DNA of 64,000 bases from Bilabrum cf. latius (taxonomy: Eukaryota), in the NCBI GenBank assembly GCA_965178125.1, contig OZ237746.1:744001-808000 (forward strand), read 5' to 3'. Below the pieces are notes generated by a model. The model had not been told where the DNA came from and did not search any database. It saw nothing but the letters and a program-made list of their open reading frames with translations. Shown piece after piece: positions 38,701 to 50,577 of this stretch. Positions within the stretch are counted from its first letter, which is position 1, and each line of letters begins with the position of its first letter. The position numbers and the translations under genes are program-made.

Positions 38701-40343
38701 AGCTTGGAGGCATGCTCGCTGTCCCCTTTGTCTCAATGGCTGCCACCGTTCCTGCCGCGTCCACTTCTAGCACCGGGCCCTGTTGTTGACTCAGCGCGGC
38801 ATGCGCCCCTTTATCCGTCCATCCCTTATGTGACCCGCCGTCTCCCTCGCACGATGCATCGCAGTACAAGGAGACTCCTCTCCATTGTGCCTCCAGGAAT
38901 GGCCATGAGAGCATCGTGAAGCTGCTGCGAGAGGCTGCGACTGCATGGCCACTGCCTTTCAGAAGCTATCGTCTAAGGATGGCGGCAGTGCGGTGGAGGC
39001 AGGGGGGGCGGGCGAAGAGGGACGCCGGGTATATATTCATGTGCTCGAGGGATGGCAGGCCTCTTGAGCTAGAGAGGAGACTACGACTGGGGGCCAAGGC
39101 TGGTGCGCTGGAGAGGAAGGGGGCTGTGGATGGGCCCATTCGGGACCTGCTGCTTGAACTGCTCGAGGGGCGGGCGTAGGGGCTTGACGCGGCGAGCGGG
39201 GAAGGGGTCAAGCTGGAGTGCGGGCCCGTGGCAGCGGCTTTGATCGGGGGTCATGACGAGTGCGTGGGGGTGCTGGTGGAGGGGATGCAGCGGGAGTGTA
39301 AGGGCAGCGAAGAGAGTCTGCTGGAAGTGCTGGAGAGGCAGGCAGTCACGATGAGGAGGAGCGGTGGCGGTGGTGGAGATGGGGCGTCAGCGGCTGCTGG
39401 GGAGGGGGAGAGTGAGAGTGAGAGTGAGAGGGTGGAGGTGTTGTCCCTGTGGGAGCTGCTTCGGCTGGTGATGAAGAGGCGCGTAGCAGCGGGGGAGGAG
39501 ACGGTGGCAGGAGGCTTGGTGGCGCTGCAAGAATGTTTCTAGGAAGTGATGCCGCTTGCGGTAGAAAAACTTGCGGTAGCTGCTTCAGAAGCAGCCGCGG
39601 TGTGCGTGTGTACCCCCATGCAGGAGTTACTGGCATGCAAGGCGACAGGGGGCGCCGAGGGGCAATCGATCGAGGCAGAGGGACGAGTGGATGCATCGTG
39701 GGATGGTTCGTCTGCCGTTGATCAGCTGAGGGAGGTCATGGTCGGCAGTCGGCAGCTGGTCATGAAGGGGCTTCGAGATGCTGTTGGTGCTTGTATGCCA
39801 ATTAAACAGATGATAGGCCCGTCCATGGAGGGGCTGTCGGTGGGCATGCTGGCCTTGCCGAATGACGAGTGCGAGGGGAGGCACAGGGAGGCGATGGAGT
39901 GCGTGAGGGGGGTGCTGACGGGGGTGCTGGGGGGAGGGGAGAGGGGGGGGTGGGGATGGGGCGAGGTGGAGGGGGCTATGGCACAGCTGCTTACCGGGGC
40001 TGCGTAGGAAGGGAAAGAGGGGAAGGAAGTACGGGATGGTGAAATCGCTGATGCAGTGGTTGGGGTCATACCGGAGGCGAAGGCACCGTCATTCTCGGCA
40101 GGTGTTGTTCGTCAATGGCGAGAGGGGGGGTTGTCTGAGCGCTGTCTGGGCATCGTCCGGCTTGATGGCGCTGGGACAGGTGGCTGGACAGCAGGTTTGC
40201 AAGGGGCATCGGCAGGGAGTGCGTGGGATGATTGGGGACTGTCGGCAGAGAGCGTACCCGCCTCTGCTCCACCGGGGACAGGTGGGGGCGGTTGGGGCGA
40301 TAGTGGTGGGGCCAGTGGGGGCGATGGAGACCGATGGTGGTGA
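29763..40343 (+). CDS. Multi-exon ankyrin-repeat protein (~1200 aa, at least 21 exons; first exon and start codon unresolved)
   Basis: Exons at 29763-29859; 99-nt exons at 30064, 30483, 30902, 31353, 31772, 32191; 33039-33227; 99/96-nt exons at 33475, 33880, 34282, 34717, 35119, 35518, 35920, 36341, 36746, 37163; 38007-38195; 38443-38541; terminal exon 38865-40343. All have CAG acceptors and GTGAG donors. Repeat consensus xxxTPLHxASxNGHEGIVKLLLDAGAxARA. Confidence 0.9.
30050..38920 (+). repeat. Tandem array of ~400-420 bp exon+intron units
   Basis: Near-identical introns (about 300-350 bp) alternate with single ankyrin exons. The 32.2-33.8 kb block is duplicated at an offset of 4968 bp. Confidence 0.95.
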
Positions 40344-40693
40344 GCTGGAGCACCCTTGTCCCTTGGCATGCGGCGGTTGCTGATCCCTCAGGCCTTTCTA
40401 GTGGAGCGTTTTGGCATATTGACCTATGGGACGTTGTGGATCTTGGTGGCATCGGCGGCGCAGGACCCGCTGCCTGGTGGGTGGGTGCAAGGCGGAACTG
40501 CTTGTCAGCCCGTGTACGTCTGCCAGTCAGATGGACTCTCGTAGAGATTTGATTGCTGCTTTGCGTGTTCAAATTTGATGATCTTGCTGTTTGCGAGAGA
40601 GCGAACCTCCCAGTTTACTACAGCGAACCTCGGCCGAACCCTCAACGGACACAAAATTTAGAATTTATCCATAGCTGCGGCAACGATCGCATC

Positions 40694-43600
40694 ATGGTAG
40701 AAAAACAGGTTGATTTCTGCATTGAACTCATAGCCACAGTGCCTGCGCGCTATCGGAGGCGGCCAACGTTCCGCCTCGAGGTGCCTTGGGCCGTGGGTAG
40801 CGGATCGATTCAGGTCTCGGGCCTTCCATCATCGGCCGAGGGTGATGACGATGCAGCGAACGCGTCAGGTTGGCAAGACTTCGGTGCTAAATTACTAGAC
40901 AATGAAACATCGGTCTCAGCGGACTCCGCTGAACGAATCGCACAGGCTCGATTCGCCCCGGCCGGGTTCCAGCCGTTCGGCACTGGCGGCGCCGTGGCCG
41001 TGCTTCCCGCCGCGCCGCTTTCACAGCGGGAAGCTTGCGCCGCTTTGCATCGATTGCAGTCACCATCCGCGGAAGCAGCGGGCTCGCCGCTTTCGTGGAG
41101 TGGCCTGGGACGGTCCACGTTTTTGCTCACTCCGCCGCTGGGAGCCTCGGGCTGGGAGCGATTCGACTGCCTGCCCACGGATGTGCTAGAAACCGACGCG
41201 AAAAGAATGGGAGCTGGCGAGAGTGAAGACAGCAGTGAATCTTCCGGGAAGGGCAAGGGCAAAGACAAAGGGAAGAAAGGCGGCAAAGGCAAAGACAAAG
41301 GCAAGGGCAAAGGCAAGGGCAGTGGTGCCGCACCCGATCAGGCCGGGGAGGGGGGGCAGGACAGGGCCGCTGCGACCAGTTTGCGAGCAAGTGCTTCGGC
41401 TGGGAGGCCCTGCTCTATCCGGCTCCGGGTCGTGTTCCGCGGGGTCAGGGTCGGCGCCGCGCTCGCCGGGCGCCTGGCTCGCGGGATGCCCGCGCACCTG
41501 TACGTGTGTGACGAGGACGGGCCCCGGGAGGTTGCAACCAGTGCCATCCACTCGGACCGCAGGGGGGGCGAGGGGAACAGGGAGGTCCGGCGGACTCTAC
41601 GCTCTGCGCTGGTTGCAACCGGCAGGACGGACGCCGTCGCTGGCCTCCGCGGCGATGACGATTCCTCCTCTTCCAGCGATGAAAATGAAGATGAAGATGG
41701 CAACGGAATGGGTGCGAGCTGGGCTACGGGGCGGCAATTGATGACGAGTGGATCGGATCACGGGAGGTTGCGACCGCCCCGCGCGAGGCCAGGGCAGGTG
41801 TCCGGTGGGGCCTATGCCGCCTGTCTGCCCATCGACCTCTCTGGTCTGCTGGCGCCGCCCATTCGTCACGCGGTGCCTGCGGGTCACGATGCGCGCACGG
41901 AAACCGCGCGTGCGTTCGGCAGCATGGCTGCGTTTGGGACTGGGCAGCTAGGCGGCGGCGGGGGTGTGGACGGAGGAGCAGGCAACGGGCCCGGGCCGGT
42001 GGTGGGGCTGGCGCTCGGCGCTGATCCGATCATGCCGGCCCATGAGGACTCGGAGTCGAAATCATTAGAAGATCGCACCGCCCCGCTGGGCAGGCACCCT
42101 TATTTCGCCTGCAGGACCTCGCTCCCCGGGTTGGAACCCAGGCCTTTGGCCCCTTGCGGGCTGCTGGGACTTGAGGTGCGAGTAGCGGCATCGGCTCCAC
42201 TGCTCACGGCGGGGCTCAGGAGCGTGCTGAACCCCCTTGTGGTGGACATACGGGGGGCGAGGAGGCTCCCGGGGTTGCAACCGCCCCCGGGGTGTGACCC
42301 CGACGTGGGGGCGCTGGCGAGGCCAACCCCCCACTCCGCCCCCAGGCGGCTCTGCAGACCCGTCTTCGCGTCCGTTCGGATCCTGGAGAGGAGCGAGCTG
42401 AGGAGGGTTGCAACCGGTGGTAGGGGTGGCCAAAATGGCGGGGAGGCTGGAGGGTACCTCCCGATCCACGTGGCGGAGGACGCGCTTGGGGACCTCAGGC
42501 TGCCGGTTGCAACCAATGGGGATGGGGAGTCGGAGGTGGAGGGGGTTGGTGGCACCGGGGCGGTGGGGGGTAAAGCTGCCGGTGGGGATCAGGATCAGGC
42601 TAGTGATCAGGACGGTGGCGATGGGCATGGGTCGAATGGAGGTGACGCTGTCACGTTCAGGGTGGTGTCCGGCGTGCGGTACCCCTCGGGTGTGGGGAAC
42701 AGCGGCGAGTCACCTTCTGCCACGTCAGCTGACTCGATCACTGACGTGGCCACCGCCCGCAGGCAGCTGATGGACGCGCTGGAGGCAGAGCAGGGTGCCT
42801 CGCAAGAGGCCATTCAGCGAGAGAAGAAAAGGCAGGAGGAGGAGACTGCAGCGGCAGCCGCGGCGGCGGAGTCTGGCAAGAAAGGTGGCAAGGGCAAGAA
42901 GGAGGCCGCGAAAGGCAAGGACAAGGGAAAGAAAGGTGGGAGTAAAGACAAGGGCAAGGGCAAAGGCACCGATGATGCTGACTCGTCCGACCCAGCCAAT
43001 CCACCGGTGGACCCGGATCGGATGCTGACTCAGGCAGAGGCAGCGGAGGCACGGATCATCGCGGGGGACGGCGGCCTGACCCGGGTCATCTGGACGATTG
43101 GGCTGCTGTCCAGTGACGTGGTCGCGTGGCACCACAGGGCGGTTGTGCTGGCGGGGTGTGTTGAGTTCGGAGACGATGCGCCGCCTGCATAGGCTGCCGG
43201 TGGCGCGGCTGGTGCTGCTGCTGACAGGGCGGGTGCAAGTGCTGGGTCTGGTGCTGGGTCTGGGTCTGCAGGTGACGGAGCAGCAGCCGCGTCAGGAGCC
43301 GGGCAGGATTCGGAATCGAAAGATACCGAAGTGGATAGCACATCAGAGGGCAAGCCACCGACGATGGGGAAAGCGGGCGACATGGTGCGGCAGGGCAGCG
43401 AGCTGGCGCCCACCCTGCAGCGGTTCAGGCAGTACCTCCGGCGGTCCTCGGTGGAGGTCAAGGTGCACGACCGGTGGGCGGGAGACGGCTGCATCCTCTC
43501 GGGAATCGACTTCGGGTCGCAGGAGGACGCAGTGCCCGAGCCCTGCTGCGGGAATCGAGTGGCCGACAGGCTGCTCGTCCCCAGGGACGCGCGGGAGGCC

Positions 43601-46600
43601 ATGGATCGATGCCTCACGGACCCGCTCGTAGACCGGAGCACGGGGATGCCGACGGTGGGACCGTTCAGTGCCAGCGGGCGGCTCCGTGGGGAGACGTGGA
43701 CGGGCCAGCGGGCGCGCTGGGAGGCCAGTGCCAGGTTCGTGGTGGCGTGTCTCCTGGCCGGTGGGGGTGGGGGTGGGGGCGATGCAGGGGGAGGGGGGGG
43801 ATCAGGGGGTGGCGACAAGGGCAAGGGCAAGGGAAAAGGGGGGAAAGACAAAGGCAAGGGGAAGGGGAAGAAGGATGCTGGCGCCGCGCACGGGTCGAGT
43901 GGTTCCGCAGGGCCGCTGGATCTGGTGCGTCTGGGCTGCGCGGCGCCCCGGCTGCTACCAGTCGTGGCGGGTGCACCCGTGGAGGCCCCTCTCACACCGG
44001 CAGATCTCGCCCTTTTGCCGCCTCCCAAGGGTGGTCAAAGCGGCACAGGAGAAGATCCGTCCTGGTCCTGGGAACCCCCCGCGCTGGCCGGTGCGTCCCC
44101 CTCCCCCCTCCTCGTGGCTGGCCTGGCCTACTGCGACAGGGCTGTGACTCGGGAGGGGGTGGAGGACAGGGAACAAGCGGACCAGCAGAACCCCCACGCC
44201 GTGGTCAAGGCGAGGCTGCACGCTTTGCTGGATGCGAGCAGCGCGCGGCTGGCCGCCATCCGGGCCTTCGAGGCGGCCAGGGAACAACAGAGAGTGCGGG
44301 AGGAGGACGCCAGGGAACACGAGGTGGTCAAAGCGGCGAAGCTCCGCTCGGAGCGTAGGAGGGCCCGCCTGGCGAGGAAGAAGCAGAAGCAGGCTGGTCG
44401 GGGGCAGGGGGAGCGGCAGCCAGCAGGTGCAGAGCCGGGCAAGGGCGAGGGCGAGGGCGAGGGCGAAGAGCCCAAGCGGGAGTAGGAGTAGGAGGAGGTG
44501 CAGGCTACCGGTGTGACGAGTGGCACGGGTGGCCCCCTGCTTCTGCAAGGGAGCCCCGGGTCCGACAGCGCCTACCCCCCCGTGTCGGTGCTGGTCAAAG
44601 GGGCGCTCATGCCCAGGCCCAGGCTGAGGAGGCCTAGGGGGGGCGAGATGCAGACTGGGCTCGGGGCGGCTGAAAGGCTCCTCAGGTGCGAGGGGGCCTA
44701 CAGTGAGCTGCGGAGATCGGATCAGAGGCCGAGCCGCCGGTCCATGCGCCGGTCCACCGGTGGATTGGGCGGCGGCGCCGCCGCGTCTTCGGTGGGATTT
44801 GAGGACACTGGGGCGGAGGTGCTTTTCCGGTGCACCCTGTGGAGGCCACTGGGGTTCGGGCTGCGGCTGGCCGACGGTGTGACGAGTGAGGGCGGCGGTG
44901 CGGGAGCGAGTCCGCCCGCTAGGGGTGTGGCCAGGACCGGTGCGCCCTCGGGTGCTGCCGCTGCCCCCGGACCAACAGGTTCCGTAGGGACTCGGCGCGG
45001 CGCCGCTCGGGGCCTGCGTCTGCAGAACGGCCCCGTGGGCGCGCCGGCCCGGGATGCCGATGCCGCTGCTGGTGCCCTCCGTCGCAGGGAGGGCCCACGG
45101 GGCCTGTGGGAGGAGCCGCCTCTGCCGCCGCTGGGCAGGATCGTGCTGGTGTGTCGGAGGGAGCGGGATGGCACGGGGTCTGAGCTGGGGAGGGCGTTGG
45201 CGGCGGTGGCCAGGATCAACTCCGGGCTGCTGCACCGGATTCGGCAGGGGGAGAAAGAGAAGGAGAAGGAGATACAGGAGCAGCAGTCAAAGGAAAGGGA
45301 AGAGGGTGGTATCGGTGAAGCGAGCCAAGTAGGCAGTAGCGAAGATGCGTCGGCTGCATCGGTAGGAAATGATCACGGCAACGACACGGCCCAGCATGTG
45401 CCACCCGAGGCCAAGCCAGAGCAGATGCAGGGCGACGGCGATGACGGAAGTGAAGTTCCTGATGGTACGGATGACCAGGGCGCGGTTAGCCAGACGCAGT
45501 CCGTGTCGGCTCTGCAGGTGTACCACCCGGAAGCGCGGGATCGACTCCGGCTGAAGGCCGCCGATCCTTTTTTCGACGGCATCACGGGCGTGCAGCTGGT
45601 GGACGACAACTGGAGAGTGTTGGTCCTCGAGGGCAGGGAGAGGGCGTGTGACGCGGGATGGAAGGAGCTCGCCGAGGAGCATCCGGAATTGAAACTCAAG
45701 GTGCCTCAGGCGGCGGGTAAGCGTCCGCGGGAGGACGGCGAGGACACGGAAGACGATTCCGAAGACGAAGATGGGATGGAACCCGCGTGGGGCGAAGGTT
45801 CCCTGGCGAAGGTTCGCCGCGCGATCGGCAGGGAACAGTTCAACCGCGACCCGAGGGAGGCAGACGGGTACCGTCTCCTCTCGGACCCGTTGGCCCGGTT
45901 CGAGGAGCGGCTGTACGCGGACGAGCCGTTCTGCTTGTTCCCCCGGACGGTCCGTCTGAGGGAGCCATTGGCGCAGATCGTCTCCCAGGCGGGGCTCTAC
46001 AGGCAGGATCTCGGGGGCGATGCGCTGAGGGCCGCGGGGGCGCTGCAGACGTTCTGGCAGCTGAGGCGGGCCGGCACGCTGTCCCTGGCTGCCAGGGCCT
46101 CGTTGTTCCCCAGGGGCCTGGACGTGGTGCTGAGCGAGCGAAGGTTCGGCGGGGCTGCCACGGAGCGGGACGTGCTCGGCCTGGCGGGAGAGGTGGCCAA
46201 AGCGGAGGCCCGGGCAGCCAGGGAGCGATCCCGGGCGGAGCGGGTGGCCAAAGCGGAGGGCGGCGTGGGCACGGAGGTGGCAGCCGCCATGAGCTCCAGG
46301 GAGCAAATGCGTCCCATGGTCCGGTTGCAACCGGAAGGATCGGATCAGCCCGAAGACCTTCCCGTAGATGGCGCTGGGCATTAGTCGCAGCAGCAGGACG
46401 AAGACGAGGGCGAGGGCGAGGGGGGGCGGCATCCCGGCAGGCCGACGCGGGCCGCTCCCGGTGGATCCGGAGCCAACCGCCGCAAGGCACCGACGGACGC
46501 TCGGAACGACGAGTACCTGGCCCACTTGGAGGCAGCGAAGGTTCGCAGGGAACACGAAGACGCGGTTCGGAGGAACATGCAGCAGGTGAGTGCCTCCTCC

Positions 46601-47725
46601 ACTGCCCTGACCCAGGCGCTCGAGGCCCGCGGTTTGGCCAGGCACCAGGTGAGGCAGCTCCCCGAGTACATGGTGGGCAAAGAGGCGGACGAGGTGCACA
46701 TCTACAGCGGGATGCGGAAAGGGTGGACAAACCAGCAGAGGAGGGAGTTGATGGGCCGGCTTGCGGCTGACAGGACCGGCCAGTACTCATACTCGAAGGA
46801 GTTCGGTAGCGCAACGGTCGTCCTGGTGGACGAGGAGGAGGAGAAGCAAAGGGCCAGGGAACAAGACATCGGGCGGCGCACCACCCAGCGAGGCTTCCAG
46901 TACCCCGCCCCCACCCGCCCCCAAGACCGGAACAAGCACCCCAAGGGTCTCTCGTAGTCGAGGGCAGCCGACCTCAGGCAGCCGTGGGTGGATCCCAACG
47001 ACGTGGCGGCTGTGGAGGCGGCGCGAGCGAGACAGCAGGCGCTTGCCTCGGGCCGCGGTCCCTGGGCCCAGCCGTCCTCCATCGGTGGATCGGACGCCGT
47101 GGGGCGGGGGGGCGGCGGGGGGGGTCCCCACCTGAGGGGTACCTTCGGGTTCGTTGACCCCACAACGGGGGAGCGTCGCGACGGGGAATTCTTCACCTCG
47201 GTGCACGTGGGTGGTCAAAGGGACGCCGAGGAACACAAGGCTGCCGTGGCCAGGGAACAGGCGGCCAAGGACGCACTCGTCATCACGGACAGGCGATTCC
47301 GACCGCACGTCCCCAGCCAGCGGCCGGCCCAGTCCGACAAGGCCACTGGGCTCCTGGCGGGGCCTCCTCGCTCCCTTGCTCTGAAACAGGTGCACAGGGC
47401 TAGGCTGCCCTCGGGCAAGGAAACGTCCTCCCTTCGGCTGGGCGCGACGTCTGCGCTGGCTGCCGATCCGTACGCCGACCCGACTGACTTCACGGCGAAG
47501 CTCAGGCCGGTCAAGACAGACACGGGCGGCCGCCCCGAGTTCAGCGCGATCGGCCGGGGGGACGGGCCTAAAGCTGGTGCCGGGGGGGCGGCGGCGGCGG
47601 TGTCGAGGAGGTCGCACGTCGCCGTGGATGCCGGGGGCAGCGGGCGGGGGGGTTACAGGGCGATCTGGGAGCCCAGGGCTGCCCCCCGTGTGGGGGCGGC
47701 GGGGGCGCGGGCCCTGCAGGGGTGA
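40694..47725 (+). CDS. CFAP92: CFAP92/KIAA1257-like cilia- and flagella-associated protein (~2343 aa, many low-complexity inserts)
   Basis: One frame broken only by TAG (43190, 44483, 44489, 46382, 46955). Ordered motifs LNPLVV.I..A..LP, VEVKVHDR, ITGVQLVD...VLVLEG, FEERLY, LFP, VHIYS, YSYSKEF and TQRGFQYP resemble CFAP92 from recall; not database-checked. Confidence 0.65.
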
Positions 47726-47952
47726 GATGGAAGTTCCAACGAACTTGGAACACGGAAATCCATGGATGGATCTGTGGATGATGCGATTTGCAGAAAGTTG
47801 TGCAATCTTTCAAATCAAAACTAGATCTATCACAACTAGTAAGTACAAGCGAAGGCGAATCAAGCCGAAATGAAATACTCCCAGGCAGACCCACGCCAAC
47901 CGTGGGTTTGCCTGACCCCCAATAGAGACTGCTGCTCCGATCCATGATCCGA

Positions 47953-49812
47953 TCACAGCCCCCCGTCGGTTGCAACCGACACGCACGAATCCTCCGGGGC
48001 CATGCGGCCCGCGAGGAGGATGGGAGACCCCTGGGGGTACACCCCCCTCCCCGGGATGGACACCCCCCGCATCGGGGTCACGCCACCGAAGAAGGTGGAG
48101 CTGGAGGCCGACGCGGCCACGCCACCGCCGCCGCAGGGAAGAGACATGAGCGGGGACGAAGACACGTATGCCCGGGGCGGGCACTCGTCACACCCCGAGG
48201 AGGAGGAAAAGGGCAAGGCCCCGTCCCCCATGCGGGGGCTACCCACAGACGCGACGTCCGATCCCTCATCCGACCAGGGATCGTCTCCAACGCCGATCAC
48301 ACCCTCATCGCACTCGTCACACCCATCCTCCATGGGAACGGAGTCGCGGGTCGTCCGGCCGCGACCCGGGGACCGGTAGCTCGTCAGTGTGACGAGTGCG
48401 GCCTCCTCCGCAGTTCCCTGGGAGGACTGTCCCCCGCTGGCGGTGGAGCCTTGCCCGTCGTCGTCACACCTCCCCGACACACCCCCCACCCCCGGGGCTC
48501 CATCCGTGGAGCACATAGACATGCGCCTGGAGGAACACGGGCCCAGTGCGAGGCCAAGCCCAGGGCCCATCCCCATGCCCATGCCCATCCCGTTAGGCAT
48601 GCCGCCCCCACCGAAGAGGCCGGCAGTCCCCGCCATGTCCATGCCCATGTCCATCTTCATCTTCATTTTCGTTGGCATCGAGGGGCTCGGGCTGGGGCGC
48701 CGCTTGGACTCTCCCACGAGGATGCGGGCGAACGCGTCCGCGGGCCCTGTGACGAGTGCGTCGCGTGGCACACTGACACCCGAGGAGACCGCGCGAGTGG
48801 TGGCGGTGGCAGTGCACTCGTCACACCCCGAGTGCCCCATCACCTGCGCGTCGGGGTTGACGGAGACCCTGCGGCGCTTCCTGGGGCGCGGGGGCTCAGC
48901 GGAACCGGGATGCGCGGCGCCCGATCCGACGACGAGGGGTGCCATGGCCGCGGGGAAGAGACCCCCGCCCACCCCCTGGGAGACCCCACCCCCCACCATG
49001 GGGACGTGGACGTTGGGGGTGGCGGTAGACGCGCGGACGGCCACGCGAGGCCGGGGCCCGGCGTCCCCACCTGCCCCGAGGCGGGACAGCACGATCTCGC
49101 CGTGTGACGCGTGCACACCCGACGGACCGGACCCGGAGCTGCTGCTGCTGGCGCTGGCGGTAGAGGCCTTCGTCCCGCAGCCGCCCCTGGCGGGACCGTC
49201 GCGCTCGTCACACGCTCCCTGCAGCGCCCGCTGGATGGCCACGTCCCTCTCCGTGTCCTGCTCGGGGTAGGGCAGCATCTCGCTCCTCTTCCGCTTTCGC
49301 TTGGGGTTCTGCTTGGGCTGAGGCTGCTTGGAGGCGATCACGAAGGGGTCCGTTGACACGGTGGTACCGGTGGTCGCAAAGTGCAGCACGAAGCGGAAGG
49401 GAGCACCCCCGTAGTTCTTGGAGACGGGGAGGTGCTTCCTCCTGCATCGGAGCAGCATGGTGGGCGCGCTCGTCTCCACGTCGAACTCAAACACGGCCTG
49501 GGGAACACGCAGACCCACCATGGTCTGCTTCTCCGGGCAGTAGACGGGCACGCGGGTGTGATCGAAGCGGTACAGCTCGGCCACGACGAGCCCAGCCGCC
49601 TTGATGCCGGCACTCTTGAGGCCCCGAACAGAGGCGTGCTCGTCGGGGCCCAGCTGCACGGTGAGGCACAGCATCGTGGAGGAATCCTGCGTGCCGTTGC
49701 CTGACACCTGCGTCTGGAAGACGGTCGCTGGAGGCTGCGTCACAATCAACACTCCCGCGTCGCGAGCACCGGAGCGCCCGCTGGGAGACTTGGATCGGCG
49801 GCGAGCAACCAT
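47953..49812 (-). CDS. Putative transcription factor with an Ig-fold (STAT/CudA-like) DNA-binding domain, NLS and disordered tail
   Basis: Uninterrupted ORF. Globular segment LIVTQPPATVF...VSKNYGGAPFRFVLHF...VSTDPFVIASK is followed by PKRKRKR. Start (ATG 49812) and fold assignment are inferred. Confidence 0.55.
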   Translation of the reverse strand: MVARRRSKSPSGRSGARDAGVLIVTQPPATVFQTQVSGNGTQDSSTMLCLTVQLGPDEHASVRGLKSAGIKAAGLVVAELYRFDHTRVPVYCPEKQTMVGLRVPQAVFEFDVETSAPTMLLRCRRKHLPVSKNYGGAPFRFVLHFATTGTTVSTDPFVIASKQPQPKQNPKRKRKRSEMLPYPEQDTERDVAIQRALQGACDERDGPARGGCGTKASTASASSSSSGSGPSGVHASHGEIVLSRLGAGGDAGPRPRVAVRASTATPNVHVPMVGGGVSQGVGGGLFPAAMAPLVVGSGAAHPGSAEPPRPRKRRRVSVNPDAQVMGHSGCDECTATATTRAVSSGVSVPRDALVTGPADAFARILVGESKRRPSPSPSMPTKMKMKMDMGMDMAGTAGLFGGGGMPNGMGMGMGMGPGLGLALGPCSSRRMSMCSTDGAPGVGGVSGRCDDDGQGSTASGGQSSQGTAEEAALVTLTSYRSPGRGRTTRDSVPMEDGCDECDEGVIGVGDDPWSDEGSDVASVGSPRMGDGALPFSSSSGCDECPPRAYVSSSPLMSLPCGGGGVAASASSSTFFGGVTPMRGVSIPGRGVYPQGSPILLAGRMAPEDSCVSVATDGGL

Positions 49813-50577
49813 ACTGTGGATGCTTCCTGGTGGTAGGTGTAGGTGGTTGTTGTAGTTAGAGCTGGTCCGGAGTAGTCCGAAGTCTGGTGCTGGAAAGATT
49901 TGCTGGTTTTGCTGGTTGTCTTGACTGAGCGAGTACACGCCTTAGGATGATGGAACCGTCGCATTGCGACAGAAAAAAGTTGTGGGTTAACACATATCTA
50001 CGGGAAACCTGGGTCGGTTGCTTAGCACATCATCTGCGAAAGCGCGAGTAAGGTCGGGGAGGGACAGCCACCGGTACGCCGGGGAGACTGACAATACATG
50101 CGGCTGCCATGCGTAAATGATTGGTATTCTACACGCACTAGGCGGAAAATATGCAAGATTTATATACAAAGAATGAAATCATGTGAGATATGAGCCCATG
50201 ACACCTTTCTCACCTTGCAAGAATGGCTTCACGAAGCCTTGCAACTTTTCTCGCAGCGCTGGACGGTGTCTCGAAACCGGAACCGCACACGCGTTTGATC
50301 CGATCCGAGGAAAAGTCCAATCAGAGGCCCATTAGGGAAGCATACAGCAAATCTCCGATCCCATCCGTTAAGTTCCGTGGTAGGAATTAATGCACGGTAA
50401 TGAATGGGAGGCAGTGCAGAACTGGTGCGCTGCAGTCCATGACCGAGCGGATGCTGCACACTGGCAGGAATCCGAATAGTCCAAAAGGCACCAGACCGTC
50501 TCTTGTAGGGATCGGATCAGCCTCGGATCAGGATCGGATCATCGCAACAAAAAAGACGGCAATTCGCTCCATCCGAC

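Noticed and set aside
30050-38920. Regularly spaced repeats as a CRISPR array or transposon cluster
   Set aside because: Units are ~400 bp with GT-AG splice sites and ankyrin-coding exons. No cas or transposase genes and no terminal repeats were found.
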